Shown one piece after another: positions 1-7,563 of a DNA stretch of 26,520 nucleotides. Each line of letters starts with the position of its first letter. Positions within the stretch are counted from its first letter, which is position 1. Origin of the DNA: a virus (taxonomy: Duplodnaviria; Caudoviricetes); IMG/VR virus record IMGVR_UViG_3300033402_000056, positions 1 to 26,520 of that record. The stretch is one strand, 5' to 3'. Below the pieces are notes generated by a model. It ran no database searches and was not told the origin of the DNA. It was given only the letters and a program-made list of their open reading frames with translations. Made by a program: the position numbers and the translations under genes.

Positions 1-69
1 TGTAAGTTAACGCGCGCTTTGGGTGTAATTGACGGTCTATTTGGGTGTAAATAAATTTTAATAAAGGGG
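1..69. repeat. Probable phage right end (attR): terminal 5'-TG and tandem ~22-bp transposase-binding-like repeats
   Basis: TGTAA recurs at 1, 24 and 46. Units are TGTAAGTTAACGCGCGCTTTGGG / TGTAATTGACGGTCTATTTGGG / TGTAAATAAATTTTAATAAAGGGG. TTTGGGTGTAA is exact at 18-28 and 40-50. Mu ends are TG...CA with 22-bp MuA sites. Confidence 0.65.
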
Positions 70-106
70 CAAAAAGGGGATATTTAAATGCCCTTGAAAG
101 CCCCTT
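63..106. repeat. Imperfect palindrome centred on ATTTAAAT
   Basis: AAGGGGCAAAAAGGGGAT-ATTTAAAT-GCCCTTGAAAGCCCCTT is approximately self-complementary. It could act as the terminator of the tail operon or as a protein-binding site. Confidence 0.5.
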
Positions 107-122
107 AATTTTGACAAGCAGC

Positions 123-192
123 TGAAAATGATTTGCATTATCTTTAGCGCATATTTTAGGGCAGCATGATGAAATTGATTTGCAATATCTTT
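123..192. promoter_or_regulatory. Two 23-bp direct repeats resembling Fur boxes
   Basis: TGAAAATGATTTGCATTATCTTT (123-145) and TGAAATTGATTTGCAATATCTTT (170-192) differ at 2 positions. Their reverse complements match GATAATGATAATCATTATC at 16/19 and 14/19. TTGACA lies at 111-116. Confidence 0.45.
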
Positions 193-313
193 TGAGGTTA
201 TCCACAGGTGGAATTAAGCCTGTATATTTTATCGGCTCTGAATTGCCCCGAGGAGCGTCTTCTTGGTCATTGCTATATCTACCTATGGCCTAGAGTCTCT
301 GTTCTTAGACAGT

Positions 314-2110
314 CTAAAACACTTCAACGTCAGCTTCATCTATGTAAAATATAGGAGCGCCACCATAATTATATAATTCTAAAGCTAATCGGTAAGTGCC
401 AGGCTGAACATAAGCATATTTGGTATATGAGGTCCAAGTACTGGCAGAAGTTGTTATCTGGCTTACATTGCCATTAATCAATGTATTGTTTTGAGATAAA
501 CCGAGAACACTTATATCAAGCACATTATTTGAATTTACAGTGCCGCTGGTCAGATACCAGAATCTTATCGCCACGCCAGTATGTCCTGGGGGTACTGTAA
601 ATGTATGGCTGGCACAGCACCAGACACCAGTTCCACTCGATAATTTAAGACTATTTGCAGCCAAATGAAATGTGCTTGTGCTAATCGTTGATGCTACAAC
701 ATTTCCGGCGGAATAATATCCGGTAGTGTCCCAGTCAACCACCGATGCGCTGTTAAAGTTAGGGTCTAATAATAAAGTGCTATCAAAAATATAATTTTGA
801 TTTTCGGACGAGATATTTTGGACATTAACCCTACCACCAGTGCCGAGATACCGTGGTAAATAACGCCAAGGTGCACCGTAAGTTACATTAACCAGGTTCA
901 CGGATGAACCAATATCTGCAGCAGAATAAAAATAATTAGTATTACCGCTGGTATTTGTCCAGAGGATATATGAATTGGCTATATTAAAGTTAGTGTAAAC
1001 ATTGGAAGAAGTGGAACTAAACCAGACTGCATCAAAAGAGGATTCAATGTGGCAGTTAGTTATGTTTACATCAGTAGTTCCGGCAATGACAGCGAGCTGG
1101 CTATTGTAGTCAAACGAGGAGTTTGCCACATAGATGTCGCCAGTATTACTAGTGATCTGTGAATAAAATACTTTTGCAAGGCCGTAAAAAGTGCATTGAT
1201 TGAAACTATAACGTTCGCCATATTGGCTTCCTCCCGCTAATATGGCGAAACCAATCCCAGTTGTTGCCCCACCGGCATAATTACCAATGTCGCACTGATT
1301 AAAATTGATGCACCAAGAGTTACTAGTTACGCTTGCCATGGTTCCAGCATATTGCAGATTTACATTGTTGAAGTTATAAAAAACGGTCCTATTCCCCCCG
1401 GTATTACCGAGCCCAACAAGGGTTAGGGACGGAGAGTAAGTGGAACCATTCCCCCTGATGGTTAAACCCGAGATGGAATTTGTAGTTGCATTGTAAACAT
1501 TACCATCGTACTCATTTACTGCTATAGCTACACCAGAGGTCAGCGCGGAGAAATCCCAGGTAACGTTTTTCCCGCTAAAACTAACATCAGTCGGGAGGTT
1601 AATTCCTGATGTAAAATAATAGGTTCCCCCTCCCCCTATATCAATGTCACCGCCTCGAACGTGGTCAGTGCTTAATCCAGTAGATAATGAATTGATTGCC
1701 GCCTGAATTGGAACGGCATTGTTTGACGTGGATGGTGAATAACCCCACCAGGCTGCATTTATTTTGGCGCCGGCAGGTAAACTCACAGCGCCCGTTCCCA
1801 CAAAAACCTGATTCAAACCTGCATGCATATTATAAACAGCTAAAGGTCCTGACTGATTAATGGTCCCGCTTTTGAGCACATAAACTTCGGCTTTAATGGT
1901 CAATGCATTGCAGGAAACCGGGGTAGTGATTTCCAAAGGGAGGTTGTTGGTTTCTGCATATGCTTTGGCAGTTGATAGGTTGGTGAAAGCTCTCACATCC
2001 ACCAATGGGCCTCTAGAGATAATATCTCCTGTGGTAAGAGTGGATGCAAAAACTTGTGGAGAAGCTAAGATGGCCAAAATAACCAAAAATGTGGAAAGAA
2101 ATCTTTTCAT
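314..2110 (-). CDS. Tailspike/depolymerase-like protein (right-handed beta-helix, probable C-terminal carbohydrate-binding module) with N-terminal signal peptide
   Basis: Pectate_lyase_3-like cap motif (WWGY...NAVPIQAAIN...GGDIDIGGGGTYY), N/C/F/I-ladder coils (FNQCDI, FNQCTF, ITNCHIE), and a CBM-like C-terminus (LLLDPNFN...FYIDEADVE). Start ATG at 2110 follows AAGGAG. N-terminus is MKRFLSTFLVILAILASPQVFA. Visibly AT-richer than the core genes. Confidence 0.75.
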   Translation of the reverse strand: MKRFLSTFLVILAILASPQVFASTLTTGDIISRGPLVDVRAFTNLSTAKAYAETNNLPLEITTPVSCNALTIKAEVYVLKSGTINQSGPLAVYNMHAGLNQVFVGTGAVSLPAGAKINAAWWGYSPSTSNNAVPIQAAINSLSTGLSTDHVRGGDIDIGGGGTYYFTSGINLPTDVSFSGKNVTWDFSALTSGVAIAVNEYDGNVYNATTNSISGLTIRGNGSTYSPSLTLVGLGNTGGNRTVFYNFNNVNLQYAGTMASVTSNSWCINFNQCDIGNYAGGATTGIGFAILAGGSQYGERYSFNQCTFYGLAKVFYSQITSNTGDIYVANSSFDYNSQLAVIAGTTDVNITNCHIESSFDAVWFSSTSSNVYTNFNIANSYILWTNTSGNTNYFYSAADIGSSVNLVNVTYGAPWRYLPRYLGTGGRVNVQNISSENQNYIFDSTLLLDPNFNSASVVDWDTTGYYSAGNVVASTISTSTFHLAANSLKLSSGTGVWCCASHTFTVPPGHTGVAIRFWYLTSGTVNSNNVLDISVLGLSQNNTLINGNVSQITTSASTWTSYTKYAYVQPGTYRLALELYNYGGAPIFYIDEADVEVF

Positions 2111-2120
2111 TGTCAACTCC

Positions 2121-2525
2121 TTAAATGGTTTGCCAGCTGGTGCCGTCTTTTATAATGGTTACCTTCTCACCTGCCATTACATTAATCGAAACAAGTCTGT
2201 CGATGGTCAAGCCGTCTGCAGCATTAACAACAAGATCAGCGCTTCCATGGGCAGCAACGTTTTTGATTATATACCGTTTAAGGGCTCCAACACTGGCATA
2301 AACAGGAAGAGATATCGCGAAAGCCCCAGCTGTTGTATCGCAAAAGGCGACTCCCTCTGATTCGATAAACGTATGAGCAGCAGTGACGGATACGATGTCC
2401 CCCATGGTATCAACAGCCACTTCCTGGATGGCATTGAGCCAGTCAGCTGTAACGATTGTCCCCTGAGTTCCTGCTGACGGATCCCCATCATGGAAAAGGC
2501 CATCAGATGAATTTATGCGGATCAT
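2121..2525 (-). CDS. Short tail fibre/adaptor (Mu-type fibre N-terminal anchor plus one ~95-aa beta domain)
   Basis: N-terminus MIRIN...FHDGDPSAGTQGTIVTADWLNAIQE is the typical baseplate-anchoring start of Mu-like fibres. The gene follows gp48. Confidence 0.8.
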   Translation of the reverse strand: MIRINSSDGLFHDGDPSAGTQGTIVTADWLNAIQEVAVDTMGDIVSVTAAHTFIESEGVAFCDTTAGAFAISLPVYASVGALKRYIIKNVAAHGSADLVVNAADGLTIDRLVSINVMAGEKVTIIKDGTSWQTI

Positions 2526-2534
2526 AGGTCCTCC

Positions 2535-3098
2535 TTATAGATAGACAAAATCAACAAATGTGTCTGCCGGTTTAAGATCATTGAATATTGGCTCTAGTAC
2601 GTCAGAGAGAGGCGAGAATAAAGGTTCGCCTGAGCACGACTCTCCGGATCTGAACCAAATGCCCGCGCCTGAAATTACATTTACCGTCCAACACCAGTCT
2701 GAGTTGCTTGTTCCGTCAACATTCACGCTCATCACTTCATCGCCAGCCTGCATCCATCCAGCCATCAGTGGTTTTAACTCTTCGATGGTAATAACGAAAC
2801 CAAGAGAAAGAGCCAATTGGATGAAGTAGGGAATATTCAACTGGCCTAATTCACTCATTTTCTGCATAACTCGGCTACGCCGTAACTGTAATGTATCATC
2901 GGGATTAACAGCTATCCCATATGTCTTTTCCCATTGGCCAAGAAGGTTATAGGTGCTGTATGGAAACATCTCCTGGTTGAGGGTCTCGGCATTTGCCTGT
3001 GCCGTGTCGAGACTTTGCGCCTCGATCTGCAGATCAGCTGGATAAGATCCCCCCAGCTCGATCGGAAACAAAAGATTCAAAACCTGATCATGGGACAC
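2535..3098 (-). CDS. Baseplate wedge protein, Mu gp48/YmfQ (DUF2313) family
   Basis: EMFP...LLGQWEKTYG, YFIQLALSLGFVITIEE and LKPADT motifs; lies after gp47. Confidence 0.88.
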   Translation of the reverse strand: MSHDQVLNLLFPIELGGSYPADLQIEAQSLDTAQANAETLNQEMFPYSTYNLLGQWEKTYGIAVNPDDTLQLRRSRVMQKMSELGQLNIPYFIQLALSLGFVITIEELKPLMAGWMQAGDEVMSVNVDGTSNSDWCWTVNVISGAGIWFRSGESCSGEPLFSPLSDVLEPIFNDLKPADTFVDFVYL

Positions 3099-3882
3099 TG
3101 ATTACCCCCGGTCTGATTGCCTGGCTGCTGGTCGGCACGATAGGGGCAGCAGGGACGGTAGCGGTGACGTTGTCAGCGCCATTAGTAACTGCCATATATG
3201 TCAAAGCTGCAGGGAAGAGTGTCTGCCCGGGAATGAACGCATTCAAGTAGGCGGTGATATCTGCGATAGTCTGAGCTTTATCAAAATTGGCCCCAGTCCC
3301 AGTAACGGTCACATCAGTGGGGAGAAGACTAACGGCCAGAGCTCGGGTGTATTTGGCGGTGACTGGACGAACGCTATCGATATATGACTTAACTGCAGTT
3401 AGCAAGTCGGCGCTCGGAATCTCTGACCCGGTGGAAACTGGATCGGCTACCACGATCACGTCGACTGTGCCCGGCCCCTGGCTGAGGGGCACCGAATAGG
3501 CTGCCGCCACTCCTGTGATTCCGACGGCCCATTGAACATAATCATATTGGTTTCCTCCTGCGGGAGGCCTGCGTATATAGGCCAAAAGACGGGAAAGAAG
3601 AGCTGCATCCAACTCGCCAGGCTTGCGCGGAAGAATGCCTCTTATATATACATGGTGTTCCAGGTTGGCTGAGTCGGAAGTATCAGGGAATATCTGGTCG
3701 GCAATATAATCCTGCGCCTTGTAAATACCCCAGAGGGCGCTCGCCATGCATGCGCTCTTGATGAATGCGAGACTTCCTTTGCTCGTGTCGATCGGATTGC
3801 CGTCGGCATCGACCTGATTTTGATAGTCGGTTAAAAAACCATTCAAAAGATCGTCAAATGATTGATCATAGGGAGTATTCAT
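3088..3882 (-). CDS. Baseplate J/Mu gp47 family protein (short form)
   Basis: QIFPDTSDSANLEHH...RG, RRPPAGGNQYDYVQWA, GPGTVDVIV and YIDSVRPVTA motifs. Confidence 0.9.
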   Translation of the reverse strand: MNTPYDQSFDDLLNGFLTDYQNQVDADGNPIDTSKGSLAFIKSACMASALWGIYKAQDYIADQIFPDTSDSANLEHHVYIRGILPRKPGELDAALLSRLLAYIRRPPAGGNQYDYVQWAVGITGVAAAYSVPLSQGPGTVDVIVVADPVSTGSEIPSADLLTAVKSYIDSVRPVTAKYTRALAVSLLPTDVTVTGTGANFDKAQTIADITAYLNAFIPGQTLFPAALTYMAVTNGADNVTATVPAAPIVPTSSQAIRPGVISVP

Positions 3883-4238
3883 ACGACCTCAACGAATTTA
3901 TCATAGGTGACCTTATTACCTTGTGCTGCTGTTACCGTGATCCTTGCCTTGAGGCGCGTCTTGACCAGAAGCGTGTCAATTTCCATGACCACTGCTATCG
4001 ATGTAGCTCGGCCAACATCGATAAGCCATTGCAACGCTGACCGGACATCCCCTTCTATAAGTTTAGCTGTGGCAGCAGTATTTTTTTCACGTGGCCTCCT
4101 TAACATTCCAAATGTGGGGTCGAGAAAGAAAGAGCCCTGGGCAATTTCGACTGAGAGGATAACATTAGTGAGGAGATCGTTGCCTCCAGTAAAGGACATC
4201 TCAAGTTTGCCGCTATTTGTCAGGATTCCAAGACTCAT
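3879..4238 (-). CDS. Baseplate protein, Mu gp46 family
   Basis: GSFFLDPTFG..L and ALQWLIDVGRATSIAV motifs; ATGA overlap with gp47. Confidence 0.88.
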   Translation of the reverse strand: MSLGILTNSGKLEMSFTGGNDLLTNVILSVEIAQGSFFLDPTFGMLRRPREKNTAATAKLIEGDVRSALQWLIDVGRATSIAVVMEIDTLLVKTRLKARITVTAAQGNKVTYDKFVEVV

Positions 4239-4248
4239 CGTCGTTTCC

Positions 4249-6972
4249 TTAAATTGTCTGCCAGTTGGAGCCGTCTTTTATGACTGTGACCTTCTCTCCG
4301 GACATGACTGTAATTGAAGCAAAAGTATCAATGGTCTTACCATCCGCCGCATTGACCGTCACGAGTGGAGATCCTGTGGAAGCCGTGTTTTTAATGGTAT
4401 ACCTTTTCGTTGAACCAACCGTGGCATATACAGGCAGGGAAATAGTGAAGGCTCCGCTAGAAGTATTGCATAGGCCTACACCGTCTGTGGAAGCAAAAGT
4501 ATATGCGGTTGTGACAGAGACGACATTTCCCAGTCCACCTAAGCTATTAAATGTATTCCAGTCGTTATGGTTAAGGTACCCATCCACGGATCCAGATGCC
4601 TGAGCCATGGAAATTGCCGGTGTGGCTCCTCCCGAAGATGTGACTGGAGCTGACCCTGTGACTGTCGTGACTGCACCTATATCGGAGGCCGTTACCGTAA
4701 CGTTGCCAGTCAAGGCGTGTCCATTGACCGTGGTTGAAGTAGACACCTTTGACGTATCCGAAGGATGCACATGGTCGGCTCGAGCTGCTTGTGTGCTAAC
4801 TCCGATTGTAACTGTGCCGTCCATGGCAGGGTTTGATGACGAGAGCGCAGTAATAGAGTTGAACGATGTTGCGCCCAGGGCTCCGGTGGATGGATTATAG
4901 AAAAGCTTCGTCGACGAGGTTTTAACTGGGTTAGTTCCACCTATCGAAGTCTGGAATAGTGGATAGTAGGTTACATTTGTAGATGTATCGTCAGTCGAAG
5001 TTATGTTTGTCGCGCTTCCTGAGCTCCCGGAGGTATTCGCCGAGTTATTAGGGATGTCTTCAGACACCAGCGCCGGGAGCTGGGCATGAGGAAGCGTCCC
5101 GGTAGTCAGATCCGATGCCGAAACAGTGACGTTTCCGCTAAGAGCGTGGCCATTTACCGTGGTTGTGGTAGGAACATAGCTTCCAGCTGCCTGCTTGCTG
5201 TTGAACGTCGTCCAGTCGTTATGGTTAAGGTAACCGTCCACGGTTCCGGACGCCTGAGCCATGGATATTGCCGGTGTGGCTCCTCCCGAAGACGTGACTG
5301 GAGCTGTGCCAGAGACCGTGGTGACTGCCCCTATATCGGACGCCAAGACCGTAACGTTGCCTGTCAAGGCGTGACCATTGACCGTGGTGGAAGTAGACAC
5401 CTTCGACGTATCCGAAGGATGCACGTGGTCGGCTCGAGCTGCTTGTGTGCTAACTCCGATTGTAGCTGTGCCGTCCATGGCAGGGCTTGATGACGAGAGC
5501 GCAGTAATAGAGTTGAACGACGTTGCGCCCAGGGCACCTGTGGACGGATTATAGGAAAGTTTCGTCGACGAGGTTTTAACTGGGTTTGTTCCGCCAGTCG
5601 CAGTCTGGAATAGTGGATAGTAGGTTGCGTTTGTGGATGTATCGTCAGTCGAAGTTATGTTTGTCGCGCTTCCCGCGCTTCCGGAAGTATTCGCCGAATT
5701 ATTAGGGATGTCGCCAGACACCAGCGCCGGGAGCTGGGCATGAGGAAGCGTCCCGGTAGTCAGGTCCGATGCCGAAACGGTCACATTTGCGCTCAAGGCG
5801 TGTCCGTTTACCGTGGTCGTGGTAGGCACCTTGGTCGAATCGGCTACCGTGATATTGGCCGAGCCGTCGAAGTTTATTCCATTAATGGCCCTCGGAGTCG
5901 TGAGAGTGGCCGCACTTCCGGAGGTGCTCGCAGCGTTATTTGGGATGTCGCCAGACACCAATGCCGGGAGTTGGGCATGAGGGAGTGTCCCGGTAGTCAG
6001 ATCAGATGCCGACACAGTAACGTTGCCGCTAAGAGCGTGGCCGTTTACCGTGGTTGTGGTAAGAACATAGCTTCCAGCTGCTTGCTTGCTGTTGAAAGTC
6101 GTCCAGTCGTTATGGTTAAGGTACCCGTCCACGGTTCCAGACGCCTGAGCCATGGATATTGCCGGTGTGGCTCCTCCCGAAGATGTGACTGGAGCTGTGC
6201 CAGAGACCGTGGTGACTGCCCCTATATCGGACGCCGTTACCGTTACGTTGCCTGCCAAGGCGTGCCCATTAACAGTTGTAGAGGTAGGCACCTTAGTCGA
6301 ATCGGCTACCGTGATATTGGCCGAGCCGTCGAAGTAAACACCATTAATGGCCCTTGGTGTTGTGAGTGTAGCTGCACTTCCGGAGGTATTCGCGGAATTG
6401 TTGGGAATATCGCCGCTCAACAGCGCCGGGAGTTGGGCATGAGGAAGTGTGCCGGATGTGATGTTTGAAGCATTGGTGGTGTCTGTCGTTGCAGACTGAG
6501 CCAATCCGGAAACAGCGCCGGCATTAAGCGTTTGCCAGCTTTTATCTCCACGCCAGTACTGCGCAGTCGTCCCTGATGCAATAGCCGGCTCAAGTCCGGT
6601 CACAGAGATAACGCCACCTGAGTCAATATTCGTATTGGCTCCCTGCTTAACCCCCCCGAGAATAAAGGCCGAGGCAACAGGCAACGTATATCCACCAGGC
6701 CATGATGCTCCATTCCAGAGGGGGAGTCCTCCTGATTCTGTGATTTTAGCGAGTGATGTAGCATTGGCGAATACTGCAGATTTCGCGTTCCAGGAAGCAA
6801 TCTGCAGATCAGTGACGGTCCGGGCCGTGGTATAGGTCTGGAGGACTGTGATGGGATCACCCTGTTCGATGAGCCGCTTGCCATTTGCCGTCATGGAGAT
6901 GGCTTCATAGCGAACTGCAAATAATGTGCATGCCGTTATACAAGCTATTATAAAGAGAGGTTTAATGCGCAT
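4249..6972 (-). CDS. Long mosaic fibre/adhesin-like protein with signal peptide, internal repeats and C-terminal domain shared with the short fibre
   Basis: S/T/G-rich. Fibre motifs include YTLPVASAFILGGVK, AQYWRGDKSWQTL, TPRAING..FDGSANIT, TVNGHAL.GNVTV, GYL...DWTTFNSKQ, ARADHVHP and L.YNPSTG. Hydrophobic N-terminus MRIKPLFIIACITACTLFA. Coupled to gp45 by TAAATG. Confidence 0.8.
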   Translation of the reverse strand: MRIKPLFIIACITACTLFAVRYEAISMTANGKRLIEQGDPITVLQTYTTARTVTDLQIASWNAKSAVFANATSLAKITESGGLPLWNGASWPGGYTLPVASAFILGGVKQGANTNIDSGGVISVTGLEPAIASGTTAQYWRGDKSWQTLNAGAVSGLAQSATTDTTNASNITSGTLPHAQLPALLSGDIPNNSANTSGSAATLTTPRAINGVYFDGSANITVADSTKVPTSTTVNGHALAGNVTVTASDIGAVTTVSGTAPVTSSGGATPAISMAQASGTVDGYLNHNDWTTFNSKQAAGSYVLTTTTVNGHALSGNVTVSASDLTTGTLPHAQLPALVSGDIPNNAASTSGSAATLTTPRAINGINFDGSANITVADSTKVPTTTTVNGHALSANVTVSASDLTTGTLPHAQLPALVSGDIPNNSANTSGSAGSATNITSTDDTSTNATYYPLFQTATGGTNPVKTSSTKLSYNPSTGALGATSFNSITALSSSSPAMDGTATIGVSTQAARADHVHPSDTSKVSTSTTVNGHALTGNVTVLASDIGAVTTVSGTAPVTSSGGATPAISMAQASGTVDGYLNHNDWTTFNSKQAAGSYVPTTTTVNGHALSGNVTVSASDLTTGTLPHAQLPALVSEDIPNNSANTSGSSGSATNITSTDDTSTNVTYYPLFQTSIGGTNPVKTSSTKLFYNPSTGALGATSFNSITALSSSNPAMDGTVTIGVSTQAARADHVHPSDTSKVSTSTTVNGHALTGNVTVTASDIGAVTTVTGSAPVTSSGGATPAISMAQASGSVDGYLNHNDWNTFNSLGGLGNVVSVTTAYTFASTDGVGLCNTSSGAFTISLPVYATVGSTKRYTIKNTASTGSPLVTVNAADGKTIDTFASITVMSGEKVTVIKDGSNWQTI
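4558..6450. repeat. Nested in-frame direct repeats within the 907-aa fibre gene
   Basis: Near-identical DNA copies at offsets of 654 bp (about 4558-5172 vs 5212-5826), 891 bp (about 5030-5403 vs 5921-6294) and 462 bp (from about 5821 vs 6283). All offsets are multiples of 3. Confidence 0.92.
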
Positions 6973-7563
6973 TTAACCTCCCGTCTCGACTACTCCAACA
7001 GTCGTCCCCTGGAGCGTGAGAGCCCCTTCCGATATTACTTCGGATGTTTGGACCTTTCCATTGGTGGTTGTGATGTTGCCGGGGGTTGTAATTCCGCCGC
7101 CGCTCTCTCCGTAAGTACCGGCGCAAGTGAGGCCTCCGGCAATGGTTACATCACCATTGCACTGGATGAGGGGAGTATCAAATTCCACTTGTGTGCTTGC
7201 CACTACCTTCGCAAGAGGCGACGTGATAGTAGCGCTTATATTGGCGTTGGCGGTAAGAATATCACAACCGGAGATCTCAATCTCCTTGTTCGCCTTCAGG
7301 TGTACCTTCTGGCCCTGCCAGTCATAGAGTGCCGCTTCACCGTCAGCAAGAGAGAGCCGGTAGCGCCGATCGTCTGATCCGATACAGGTGATGACATTCC
7401 CTTCAATCACGATTATCAGCTCTGCTCCTGACTTCGGTGAGGATGCGAAACCGTAGTGCTGGAGGAACTCTCGCATATCGAATGATTCACCATATCTGCC
7501 GCTGGCGGAGAAAATCCGGACAACACCATCGATGAGAGAAGTGAGTAATCCCCGGATGATCAT
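6973..7563 (-). CDS. Baseplate central spike, Mu gp45/gpV family
   Basis: EFLQHYGFASSP, DDRRYRLSLADGEAALYDWQGQKVHL and a beta-strand-repeat C-terminus. Confidence 0.9.
   Translation of the reverse strand: MIIRGLLTSLIDGVVRIFSASGRYGESFDMREFLQHYGFASSPKSGAELIIVIEGNVITCIGSDDRRYRLSLADGEAALYDWQGQKVHLKANKEIEISGCDILTANANISATITSPLAKVVASTQVEFDTPLIQCNGDVTIAGGLTCAGTYGESGGGITTPGNITTTNGKVQTSEVISEGALTLQGTTVGVVETGG

Noticed and set aside
198-206. Perfect DnaA box TTATCCACA
   Set aside because: It is a single 9-mer with no cluster, and Mu-like phages replicate by transposition. Plausibly chance.
2121-4536. Duplicated C-terminal fibre segment as a DGR template/variable repeat pair or a recombinational tip switch
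   Set aside because: Mismatches are largely third-position and not adenine-specific, and there is no reverse transcriptase or invertase in the window. The copies are in direct orientation, so recombination would delete gp46-48.
4558-6450. Repeats as a CRISPR array
   Set aside because: They are long in-frame coding repeats without a constant repeat/unique spacer pattern.
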